Assembly: GCA_018662305.1 (NCBI GenBank)
Contig: JABJGI010000131.1
Coordinates: 1-56,930 of the forward strand
Reading direction: 5' to 3'
DNA length: 56,930 nucleotides
Source: Porticoccaceae bacterium
GTDB taxonomy: Bacteria > Pseudomonadota > Gammaproteobacteria > Pseudomonadales > GM7GCV1
The position numbers and the translations under genes were made by a program. Below are positions 9,819-17,708 of the stretch, piece after piece (the stretch's first letter is position 1; every line of letters begins with the position of its first letter). Below the pieces are notes generated by a model. It was not told the origin of the DNA and ran no database searches. It worked only from the letters and a program-made list of their open reading frames with translations.

Positions 9819-12614
9819 ATGTCTGACGCTCCGCTAATTCTCGTTGATGGCTCTTCTTATCTCTATCGAGCCTTCCATGCTTTACCCGATTTAAGAACCG
9901 CAAAAAATCGTCCCACAGGTGCAGTTCGCGGCGTAATTGCCATGCTTAAGAAGGAGCAGAAGCAATTCCCAGACAGCACTATCGTTGTGGTTTTTGATGC
10001 CAAGGGCAAAACCTTTAGAGACGAGCTTTACGGCGAATATAAGTCCCACCGTCCGCCTATGCCCGACGATTTGAGAGAGCAAATAGAACCTCTACATGCC
10101 TGTGTTCAGGCCATGGGCTTGCCCATGATTATTCATCCAGGCGTTGAAGCGGACGATGTGATCGGCACTCTAGCTCTGGAAGCCTCAGGGCGCGGCAAAG
10201 CTGTACTGATTTCAACTGGCGACAAGGATATGGCGCAGTTGGTTAATGACAATATCGGCATTATCAACACCATGTCGGGCTCACAATATGATGCCGCCGG
10301 TGTTGAGGAAAAGTTTGGAGTTCCGCCTAAGCTAATTATTGATTATCTCGCCCTAATCGGGGACAAGAGTGACAATATCCCGGGAGTACCGGGTGTTGGA
10401 GAAAAGAGTGCCACACCCATCCTTCAAGCCTTGGGTGGCTTAGATGATATTTATGCCAATTTGGATGCAATAGCCGATCTCGAATTTCGCGGCGCCAAAA
10501 AGATGGCCGAGAAACTGATAGAGCACAAAGAGGCAGCCTATCTTTCCTACAAGCTCGCGACCATCAAGCTAGATGTTGAGCTAGAGGTTACGCCAGCCGA
10601 TTTGAAGAACGCTGAGCCGGATACTGAGGCACTTAGGAGCCTCTATACAGAGCTAGAGTTTAAATCCTGGATCCGTGAGCTCGAAAATGGCGGCGGAGGG
10701 TTCAGTCTTTCGCAGGGTTCTGAATCGGTATCCAGTTCGAACTCGGAAGCAGAGCATGGCACGGGATCCGAAACAGCTTCTACTGAGTCGCCCAAATCAT
10801 CAGTCGAGGTTTCTTATGAATTGGTACTTGAACAAGCCAGTCTCGATAACTGGATCGAGAAGCTGACAGCAGCCGATGTTTTTGCCTTTGATACGGAAAC
10901 TACCAGCATCAACTATATGCAGGCTGAAGTTGTTGGACTTTCCTTTGCGGTGGAGCCCAATAAAGCAGCTTATGTTCCTTTTGGGCACGACTACCCGGGG
11001 GCTCCTGACCAGCTGGACGCAGAGATAGTCTTTACTGCGCTCCAGCCGATTCTCAGTGATGAACGCAAAGTGCTTGTGGGGCAGCACATAAAATATGATC
11101 TGAGTGTTTTGGCGCGCAGAGGCATCGAGATTCGCTGCAAACTGCAGGACACCATGTTGGAATCCTATGTGCTCGATTCCGTCGCCGGCCGGCACGATAT
11201 GGATTCGCTGGCCTTGCGCAATCTGGATCGAGAGACTATTCACTTCGAAGATATAGCCGGCAAGGGAGCCAAACAAATTACCTTCAACCAGATTGAGTTA
11301 GAACAGGCTGGCCCCTATGCCTCTGAAGATGCGGACATCACGCTTCAGCTGCATCAGACGCTTCATCCTAAGCTTGAAAACACATCGGAGCTGTTGTCGG
11401 TGTATGAGGAAATTGAAGCACCACTTATTCGCATCTTGTCGCGTATAGAGCGAACCGGCGCATTGATTGACTCAAAAGCCATGCTTAACCAGAGCAGTGA
11501 AATCGCAGTGAAGCTGATCGATCTGGAGAAACAGGTTCACGATTTGGCAGGCCAGCCATTTAATCTGGCGTCTCCCAAGCAGTTGCAACATATCCTCTTT
11601 GAAAAAATGGAATTGCCGGTTTTGAAGAAAACCCCTAAGGGTCAACCGAGCACAGCAGAGGACGTCTTACAGGATCTAGCTGCCGAACATGAGTTGCCTG
11701 CTTTGATCGTGGAATACAGAGGTTTGGCCAAGCTTAAATCTACCTACACAGACAAGCTGCCTCAGATGGTGGACGAAAAAACCGGCCGCTTGCACACCTC
11801 TTATCATCAAGCGGTAGCGGCAACGGGTCGTTTGTCTTCAACCGATCCCAATTTACAAAATATCCCTATCCGCACAGAAGAAGGGCGACGTATTCGCAAG
11901 GCCTTTATCGCGCCAGAGGGAACCAAGCTGCTGGCGGCGGACTACTCCCAAATAGAACTTCGCATAATGGCGCATCTCTCCAAAGACGCTGGGTTACAGA
12001 AAGCCTTTGCCAACAATCTGGATGTGCATGCAGCGACGGCTGCCGAGGTCTTTGGTGCAGAAATTTCAGAAGTAACCTCGGACCAGCGTCGCAGCGCAAA
12101 AGCGATCAATTTTGGATTGATGTATGGCATGAGCGCTTTTGGCTTAGCGAAGCAATTGCATATTGCCCGCAAAGAATCACAGCAATATATCGACCTCTAT
12201 TTCGAACGCTACCCTGGTGTTGCCAGCTTTATGGAAGAAATCAGGGAAGATGCTCGAGAGAAGGGCTATGTAGAGACCCTCTTCGGCCGTCGTCTTTATC
12301 TCCCACAAATCAACGCCAGGAACGGCCAGCTGCGAGCTGCAGCAGAGAGAACCGCCATTAATGCTCCCATGCAGGGCACTGCCGCAGACATTATTAAGCG
12401 CGCCATGCTTTCAGTTGATGCCTGGATGCTGGAGAAAAATCCGCCGGTCAAAATGATCATGCAGGTTCATGATGAGTTGGTGTTTGAGGTGGAAGAAGCC
12501 TATGTCGAGCAAGCCAAAGAAGAAATTATCTTGCTGATGCAATCCGCCGCAGAGCTCTCTGTACCCCTGCTTGTGGAGGCGGGTGTGGGAGATAATTGGG
12601 AGGAAGCGCACTAG
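9819..12614 (+). CDS. polA: DNA polymerase I
   Basis: LVDGSSYLYRAFHA 5'-3' exonuclease; FDTET 3'-5' exonuclease; DYSQIELR, KAINFGLMYG and QVHDEL polymerase motifs. Confidence 0.99.
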   Translation: MSDAPLILVDGSSYLYRAFHALPDLRTAKNRPTGAVRGVIAMLKKEQKQFPDSTIVVVFDAKGKTFRDELYGEYKSHRPPMPDDLREQIEPLHACVQAMGLPMIIHPGVEADDVIGTLALEASGRGKAVLISTGDKDMAQLVNDNIGIINTMSGSQYDAAGVEEKFGVPPKLIIDYLALIGDKSDNIPGVPGVGEKSATPILQALGGLDDIYANLDAIADLEFRGAKKMAEKLIEHKEAAYLSYKLATIKLDVELEVTPADLKNAEPDTEALRSLYTELEFKSWIRELENGGGGFSLSQGSESVSSSNSEAEHGTGSETASTESPKSSVEVSYELVLEQASLDNWIEKLTAADVFAFDTETTSINYMQAEVVGLSFAVEPNKAAYVPFGHDYPGAPDQLDAEIVFTALQPILSDERKVLVGQHIKYDLSVLARRGIEIRCKLQDTMLESYVLDSVAGRHDMDSLALRNLDRETIHFEDIAGKGAKQITFNQIELEQAGPYASEDADITLQLHQTLHPKLENTSELLSVYEEIEAPLIRILSRIERTGALIDSKAMLNQSSEIAVKLIDLEKQVHDLAGQPFNLASPKQLQHILFEKMELPVLKKTPKGQPSTAEDVLQDLAAEHELPALIVEYRGLAKLKSTYTDKLPQMVDEKTGRLHTSYHQAVAATGRLSSTDPNLQNIPIRTEEGRRIRKAFIAPEGTKLLAADYSQIELRIMAHLSKDAGLQKAFANNLDVHAATAAEVFGAEISEVTSDQRRSAKAINFGLMYGMSAFGLAKQLHIARKESQQYIDLYFERYPGVASFMEEIREDAREKGYVETLFGRRLYLPQINARNGQLRAAAERTAINAPMQGTAADIIKRAMLSVDAWMLEKNPPVKMIMQVHDELVFEVEEAYVEQAKEEIILLMQSAAELSVPLLVEAGVGDNWEEAH

Positions 12615-12638
12615 GGAAAATTTATTTCAAATATTTTT

Positions 12639-12665
12639 GAACTTATTTGATTTCCTGTTGACCAA
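12639..12665 (+). promoter_or_regulatory. sigmaE/AlgU-type promoter 1
   Basis: GAACTT (12639-44), 16-bp spacer, ACCAA (12661-65). Confidence 0.65.
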
Positions 12666-12670
12666 CTTAG

Positions 12671-12746
12671 TGTAGAAGTTTTCCCTCCTTGTTATTTTCC
12701 TGAGCAAGTCTGCTAACCCCCGGTGTCCGACCGGGGGTTTTTTTTT
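12671..12746 (+). ncRNA. Putative sigmaE-dependent sRNA 1 (ErsA/Spot 42 locus), ~75 nt; 5' end estimated
   Basis: Lies between promoter 1 and a terminator; contains TTTTCCCTCCTTGTT; no ORF; polA-engB position. Confidence 0.6.
12715..12746 (+). terminator. Rho-independent terminator (sRNA 1 and/or polA)
   Basis: AACCCCCGGT-GTCCG-ACCGGGGGTT stem-loop ending in a 9-T run. Confidence 0.92.
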
Positions 12747-12773
12747 GAACTTTCGAAACTTACTGACCTCCAA
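12747..12773 (+). promoter_or_regulatory. sigmaE/AlgU-type promoter 2
   Basis: GAACTT (12747-52), 16-bp spacer, TCCAA (12769-73), abutting the first terminator. Confidence 0.72.
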
Positions 12774-12778
12774 GAAGT

Positions 12779-12878
12779 GGTATTTCATTTTCCCTTTTTT
12801 ATGAATGCACTTACCCCTTGCGGAATTGGTATTTTTGACCGCAATTTATTGGCCCTCCTCTGGAGGGCCTTTTTTTTT
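12779..12878 (+). ncRNA. Putative sigmaE-dependent sRNA 2, ~100 nt; 5' end estimated
   Basis: TTCAT/ATGAA stem with a TTTCCCTTTTTT loop, second stem TTGCGG/CCGCAA, then a terminator. Confidence 0.6.
12851..12878 (+). terminator. Rho-independent terminator (sRNA 2)
   Basis: GGCCCTCC-TCT-GGAGGGCC followed by 9 T. Confidence 0.92.
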
Positions 12879-12896
12879 GAGCCTTGAAGGGGCTCA

Positions 12897-13001
12897 CTCT
12901 TTTGCCTTGTTGTGGTGTTAAATCTCTGCTCAGTCAGTTACGTACCAAATGTACGCTCCTTTCTTGTGCGGAGATTTGCCTTACAAAAAGGCAAAATAGA
13001 G
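12897..13001 (+). other. Long imperfect inverted repeat / rod-like RNA structure of unknown function
   Basis: Nested stems: TTTTGCCTT/AAGGCAAAA, TTGTGG/TTACAA, AAATCTCTGC/GCGGAGATTT, CGTAC/GTACG. Confidence 0.55.
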
Positions 13002-13043
13002 GCGCCCATCAAATCGCAGATCAAATTAGAGGGCTATTTCCCC

Positions 13044-13676
13044 TCAGCTGGTAGGTGGCAGTTCGAGCCAATTCGTTAGCTGTGCCTTTAGTTCTTCGAG
13101 GCCGGTTTTTTTGGTGGCGGAGAATAGTTGGCCGGAAACCTGCTTAGATATGCCGAGTTTTTTAAGTTCTGCCATCATTTTAAGCAGGTTGGCTGAAGCG
13201 GGGCCTCGTTTGAGCTTGTCAGCCTTGGTGAGCAATAGGTGAACAGGGAGATCAGCCTCATGCGCCCACTGGAAGAAGTTAAGATCAAAGGGTTGCAGAG
13301 GCAGCCGCACATCAGCCAAAAGCACCAAACCCTTGAGACTTTGTCTCTCTTCAAGGTATTGGGAAAGGTTTTCCTGCCACTCCTTTTTAACTTTTTCCGA
13401 TACTTTGGCGTAACCGTAGCCAGGCAAATCCACCAGTCTTCGGTCTTCATCCAGCTGGAAAAAATTCAGCAGTTGTGTGCGCCCAGGTGTTTTACTGGTG
13501 CGGGCCAGCTTACCGTTGCGAGTCAGCGCGTTTATCGCGCTGGACTTGCCAGCATTTGAACGACCGACAAAGGCGACTTCTGCGCCCAGATCATCTGGGC
13601 ACTCCTTTAAACTAGGGGCGCTAAGCAAAAAAGCTGCGCGGTCAAAAGAGATCATAGGTTTCTTGGTTGAATTCAC
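13044..13676 (-). CDS. engB: Ribosome biogenesis GTPase EngB/YihA/YsxC
   Basis: GRSNAGKSS, SKTPGRTQ, DLPGYG and TKADK motifs. Confidence 0.97.
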   Translation of the reverse strand: MNSTKKPMISFDRAAFLLSAPSLKECPDDLGAEVAFVGRSNAGKSSAINALTRNGKLARTSKTPGRTQLLNFFQLDEDRRLVDLPGYGYAKVSEKVKKEWQENLSQYLEERQSLKGLVLLADVRLPLQPFDLNFFQWAHEADLPVHLLLTKADKLKRGPASANLLKMMAELKKLGISKQVSGQLFSATKKTGLEELKAQLTNWLELPPTS

Positions 13677-13827
13677 CAGATTGGCTCACTTGCTCGGGTG
13701 ACGATGGAGTATGGCTAGTATATAATCCGCCGGCTCTGAGGGGCAGCCGGAATAATAGAAGTATCCGGTTATCCAGCGTCCATCAGAGAAACCCAGAGTT
13801 TAAAACAGTTTTCGGTAGCACTTTCAG

Positions 13828-14472
13828 ATGAAGCCAAGTTTTTACAGCCTAATTATTCTAGCCTTAATGGTGGCCAGTCCCCTATGGGCACAATCCGGTG
13901 ACGCCGCTGCTGGCCAAGCCAAATCCGCCACCTGTTCCGCCTGTCACGGCATGGACGGCAAAGGCATTCTCCCTCTCTATCCAAATATTGGTGGTCAGGG
14001 TGAAAACTATATGTACAAGCAAATTGTCGATATTAAAGAAGGCACTCGTACCGTTCTCGAGATGGCCCCTTTTGTCGCCGCTCTATCTGATCAGGATATG
14101 CGCGATCTGGCTGCCTACTACGCATCGCAGCCCTCGCAGCTTGAAGGTGCACAACCTATTGAGAGCGAGCCATACAATCTAAATGCAGAAGAATTTTTAG
14201 CCTTAGGTGAATCCGTATTCCGTGCCGGCAATCTCGCCAATGGCGTTCCAGCCTGTACTGGCTGCCACTCACCATCTGGCATGGGTAATTTTCCAGCGGG
14301 ATTCCCAGCGCTTAGTGGTCAAAAAACTGAGTATGTGGTTAAACAACTTTCAGATTTTCAAAACAATATACGCACCAATGACGGCGAAACCCGAATTATG
14401 CGCGGTGTAGCAGAGCGCATGTCTGCACTGGAAATTGAGGCAGTGGCCAACTTTATCTCGGGCCTCAACTAA
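13828..14472 (+). CDS. Diheme cytochrome c4
   Basis: Signal peptide; CSACH and CTGCH; divergent from engB as in Pseudomonas. Confidence 0.93.
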   Translation: MKPSFYSLIILALMVASPLWAQSGDAAAGQAKSATCSACHGMDGKGILPLYPNIGGQGENYMYKQIVDIKEGTRTVLEMAPFVAALSDQDMRDLAAYYASQPSQLEGAQPIESEPYNLNAEEFLALGESVFRAGNLANGVPACTGCHSPSGMGNFPAGFPALSGQKTEYVVKQLSDFQNNIRTNDGETRIMRGVAERMSALEIEAVANFISGLN

Positions 14473-14495
14473 AAATCTGATTAAATTGTGTAAAG

Positions 14496-14518
14496 AGGCG
14501 GCTTGAGCCGCCTTTTTT
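14496..14518 (+). terminator. Rho-independent terminator
   Basis: AGGCGGC-TTGA-GCCGCCT followed by a T run. Confidence 0.88.
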
Positions 14519-14579
14519 GTGGCTTTCCAAGGCTATGATTGGATTAAAGCTATATAAGAGATCTAACTGGAGACAGCTA

Positions 14580-15227
14580 ATGCGTATCTTTTCAAAACTG
14601 GCGATTGCCTTTGTATTTGTCAGCTCAACTCAGGCCTTTGGTCAATCCGACGATTTTCAATATCAGGACGGTGTTGATTTCGAGACCCTGGCGCGGCCGG
14701 TTGCTGTTCAGGACCCCTCCAAAATTGAGGTGGCGGAAGTATTTTGGTACGGCTGTATTCACTGCTTTAACCTTGAACCTCGTCTGGACGAATTTGCATC
14801 CATCCTGCCGGACGACGTAAACCTGGTTAAAGTTCCCGCCATGTGGGCTGGGGCAATGGAGCTGCACGCTAGACTCTATTTTGCATCGGTAGCTTTGGGT
14901 ATCAATGAAGAGGTTCACTGGCCGGTGTTTCAGGCCATGAACGAAGAACGCAATCCCCTGAGCAGCGAAGGCGCTATTCTCGATCTGATAGAAAACTTGG
15001 GCCAAGACAGAGCGGCCTTTCAGCGAGCCCTGAACTCCTTTGGAGTTACTAGCCAAGTGACTCGCGCTAGATCAGCTGCTGCTGCCTATGGAATTCGGGG
15101 TACCCCGGAAATGATCGTGAACGGTAAATACCGCATATCTACCAGCATGACGGGTAGTCAGGAAAAAATGTTGTTGGTTACGGCTGCTCTGGTAGATCGT
15201 GAGCGCCAGATGGCAGAAAACCAGTAA
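14580..15227 (+). CDS. dsbA: Thiol:disulfide oxidoreductase DsbA, soluble periplasmic copy
   Basis: GGAG RBS and ATG 14580; Sec signal; EVFWYGCIHC; GTP cis-Pro loop; VNGKY. Confidence 0.92.
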   Translation: MRIFSKLAIAFVFVSSTQAFGQSDDFQYQDGVDFETLARPVAVQDPSKIEVAEVFWYGCIHCFNLEPRLDEFASILPDDVNLVKVPAMWAGAMELHARLYFASVALGINEEVHWPVFQAMNEERNPLSSEGAILDLIENLGQDRAAFQRALNSFGVTSQVTRARSAAAAYGIRGTPEMIVNGKYRISTSMTGSQEKMLLVTAALVDRERQMAENQ

Positions 15228-15257
15228 CAACGGGCGTTTTTAAGAGGGGAAAGAAGC

Positions 15258-15923
15258 ATGTCGATATATTTTAGGTCACTATTTTTCGTCTTCATTATCT
15301 TGGCGATTGGTTGTAGCTCGGATGGCGAGCCGCAAGGTTCAGAAGACGGCTTTGCCTACCGTGATGGTATCGATTTCCATAGCTTGCCCCAGCCCATTGC
15401 AACGGAAGACCCATCAAAAATTGAGCTGGTTGAAGCCTTTTGGTATGGCTGTATCCACTGCTACAACTTTGAGCCCTACTTAAAAGAATATGCAGCGGAG
15501 CTTCCAGAGTACGTGGACCTGGTAAAGGTTCCAGTCGCCTGGAACGATTATGCCGAGCTGCACGCAAAAATTTACTACGCAGCGGAAGTTCTCGGAATCA
15601 CTGATGAAATTCACGACGAAGTTTTTAGCGCCATGAACAGGGACAAGAAAACCTTAGCCAATGAGCAAGCGGTTCTCAACCTGATTGAAGATCTGGGGCA
15701 GAACAGAACGGCTTTTCAGCGAGCCTTCAACTCCTTTGGCGTTGGCGCTCAGATATCGCAATCCAAGGCGCGTATTACTGCCGCAGGTGTGCGCGGCACA
15801 CCCGAACTGATAGTAAATGGTAAATACCGCGTAGGCTCTTCTGCTGGTAGCCAGCAGCGTATGCTTGAGGTTGCTAATGCGCTTATCGAGCGCGAGCGCG
15901 AGCTACTTTCTAGTCAGCAATAA
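15258..15923 (+). CDS. dsbA: Second DsbA paralog, predicted lipoprotein
   Basis: Lipobox LAIGC; EAFWYGCIHC; GTP...VNGKY; visibly similar to the upstream gene. Confidence 0.88.
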   Translation: MSIYFRSLFFVFIILAIGCSSDGEPQGSEDGFAYRDGIDFHSLPQPIATEDPSKIELVEAFWYGCIHCYNFEPYLKEYAAELPEYVDLVKVPVAWNDYAELHAKIYYAAEVLGITDEIHDEVFSAMNRDKKTLANEQAVLNLIEDLGQNRTAFQRAFNSFGVGAQISQSKARITAAGVRGTPELIVNGKYRVGSSAGSQQRMLEVANALIERERELLSSQQ

Positions 15924-17668
15924 TGGCCCTAAAGAGTCTCATAGAGGAGGCAGCATTTCGGGCTTTCTCTGAGGCCGGTCTGCCCCGCGAAACACCTACA
16001 GGTTTGAAATGGTCGGCTCGCCCCGAATTTGGTGACCTCCAAATCAACGGCGTAATGGGTGCCGCCAAACAGCTAAAACAAAATCCTAGAGAGCTTGCCG
16101 AAAAAGTCTTACAAAACCTTCCAATAGGGGAAGGCTTGATTGCCAAGGCAGAAGTGGCAGGCCCGGGATTTATCAATCTTCACCTTGACTCACAAGCTAT
16201 ATCGGAAGATTGCCAAAAACTGCTCTCTGACCCCCGTCTCGGTGTTGAACAGCCTACCAAGCAGCAGCGTGTCGTTGTTGACTATTCCTCGCCAAACCTT
16301 GCAAAAGAAATGCACGTTGGCCATCTACGCGGCACCATTCTTGGGGATGCAGTTTGTCGTGCTCTGGAATTCAAAGGCCACAAAGTAGTTCGGCAAAACC
16401 ATATCGGCGACTGGGGTACCCAGTTTGGCATGCTGATCGCTGAGCTTCAGGCGACCCAAACTCAAGAACAAATTTCTGCGGGAATTGCCCTCAGTGATCT
16501 TGAAGTGTTTTACCGTCAGGCAAAAGAACACTTTGACGCCGATCCTGAATTTGCGGATCTCGCCAGAAACAACGTAGTCAAGCTACAAGCTGGAGATGGG
16601 GAGTGTTTGGCTCTTTGGCAGCACTTTATTGACGAATCCCTCAATCACGCTGAAGACAATTATCACAAGCTTGGAGTCTCTCTAACTCGGGAAGACGTGC
16701 GCGGTGAAAGCGCTTACAACGCAGATCTTGAGCCCCTGGTATCTGAGCTGATCGAGCGCGGAATTGCTGTCGAAGACCAAGGAGCCCAGGTTGTCTATCT
16801 GGAGGAGCTGGCGGACAAGGAAGGCAATCCTTCGGTTGCCATCGTGCAAAAAGCTGATGGTGGATACCTCTACGCAACCAGCGATTTAGCGGCTATCCGC
16901 TACCGAGTGAATGAGTTGCAGGCGGACAGATGCCTCTACTTTATTGACGCTCGTCAAAGCCTACATATGAAACAGGTTTATGCCGTCGCCAGAAAAGCCG
17001 GTTGGGCGCCAGAGAGTGTGCAGCTCGAGCATTGTTCTTACGGCACCATAATGGGAGAGGACGGTAAGCCCTTTAAAACCCGCAGCGGTGATACGGTTAA
17101 ATTGGCCGATCTTCTGAATGAGGCGGTGGAGCGGGCCAATGAGATTGTCGCTGAAAAGAACCCCAGTCTCAGCCAGCAAGACAGAGACACAATTTCTCTA
17201 GCCGTAGGTATTGGCGCCGTGAAATATGCGGATCTCAGTAAGGCTCGAACCACAGACTATCGATTCGATTGGGAGTCTATGTTGAGTTTCGATGGCAATA
17301 CCGCGCCTTACTTGCAGTATGCAGGTACTCGTATCCACAGCCTTTTTGAAAAGGCGGGTGAAGAGCTGGCAAGTTTTGAGGCCAATATTGGTGTTGAGCA
17401 AACTGCAGAGCGGGCGCTCGCCCTCTCGCTAATGCGTTTCGCAGAATCCTTGGATCAACTGGCAGAATCGGCGATGCCTCACGATTTGTGTAGTTATCTT
17501 TTTGATCTGGCCGGTAAATTTGCAACCTTTTATGAAGCCTGCCCGATCCTAAAATCTGAGGTAGATGCAACCACGCGAGCGAGCCGGTTGGCACTGGCTG
17601 CCTTGACTTCAAAAACGCTGGAATGTGGTTTTGAAATATTGGGGATTCAAAGCCTGAAGCGAATGTAG
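15923..17668 (+). CDS. argS: Arginine--tRNA ligase
   Basis: VDYSSPNLAKEMHVGH, GDWGTQFG, FKTRSG and GNTAPYLQY motifs. Confidence 0.98.
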   Translation: MALKSLIEEAAFRAFSEAGLPRETPTGLKWSARPEFGDLQINGVMGAAKQLKQNPRELAEKVLQNLPIGEGLIAKAEVAGPGFINLHLDSQAISEDCQKLLSDPRLGVEQPTKQQRVVVDYSSPNLAKEMHVGHLRGTILGDAVCRALEFKGHKVVRQNHIGDWGTQFGMLIAELQATQTQEQISAGIALSDLEVFYRQAKEHFDADPEFADLARNNVVKLQAGDGECLALWQHFIDESLNHAEDNYHKLGVSLTREDVRGESAYNADLEPLVSELIERGIAVEDQGAQVVYLEELADKEGNPSVAIVQKADGGYLYATSDLAAIRYRVNELQADRCLYFIDARQSLHMKQVYAVARKAGWAPESVQLEHCSYGTIMGEDGKPFKTRSGDTVKLADLLNEAVERANEIVAEKNPSLSQQDRDTISLAVGIGAVKYADLSKARTTDYRFDWESMLSFDGNTAPYLQYAGTRIHSLFEKAGEELASFEANIGVEQTAERALALSLMRFAESLDQLAESAMPHDLCSYLFDLAGKFATFYEACPILKSEVDATTRASRLALAALTSKTLECGFEILGIQSLKRM

Positions 17669-17708
17669 GCTAAGCGTTCTACTAAAATTAGAGGGAATTT
17701 TCTGCAAT

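Noticed and set aside
10685-10815. Ser/Glu-rich insertion in PolA
   Set aside because: It sits in the known variable linker between the exonuclease domains and has no intein motifs.
12615-13043. CRISPR array, CsrB/RsmY-type RNA or type I toxin in the polA-engB gap
   Set aside because: No regularly spaced repeats and no GGA-loop array. The only SD-led ORF (minus strand, AAGGAG...TTG GTA CGT AAC TGA) is 4 codons long.
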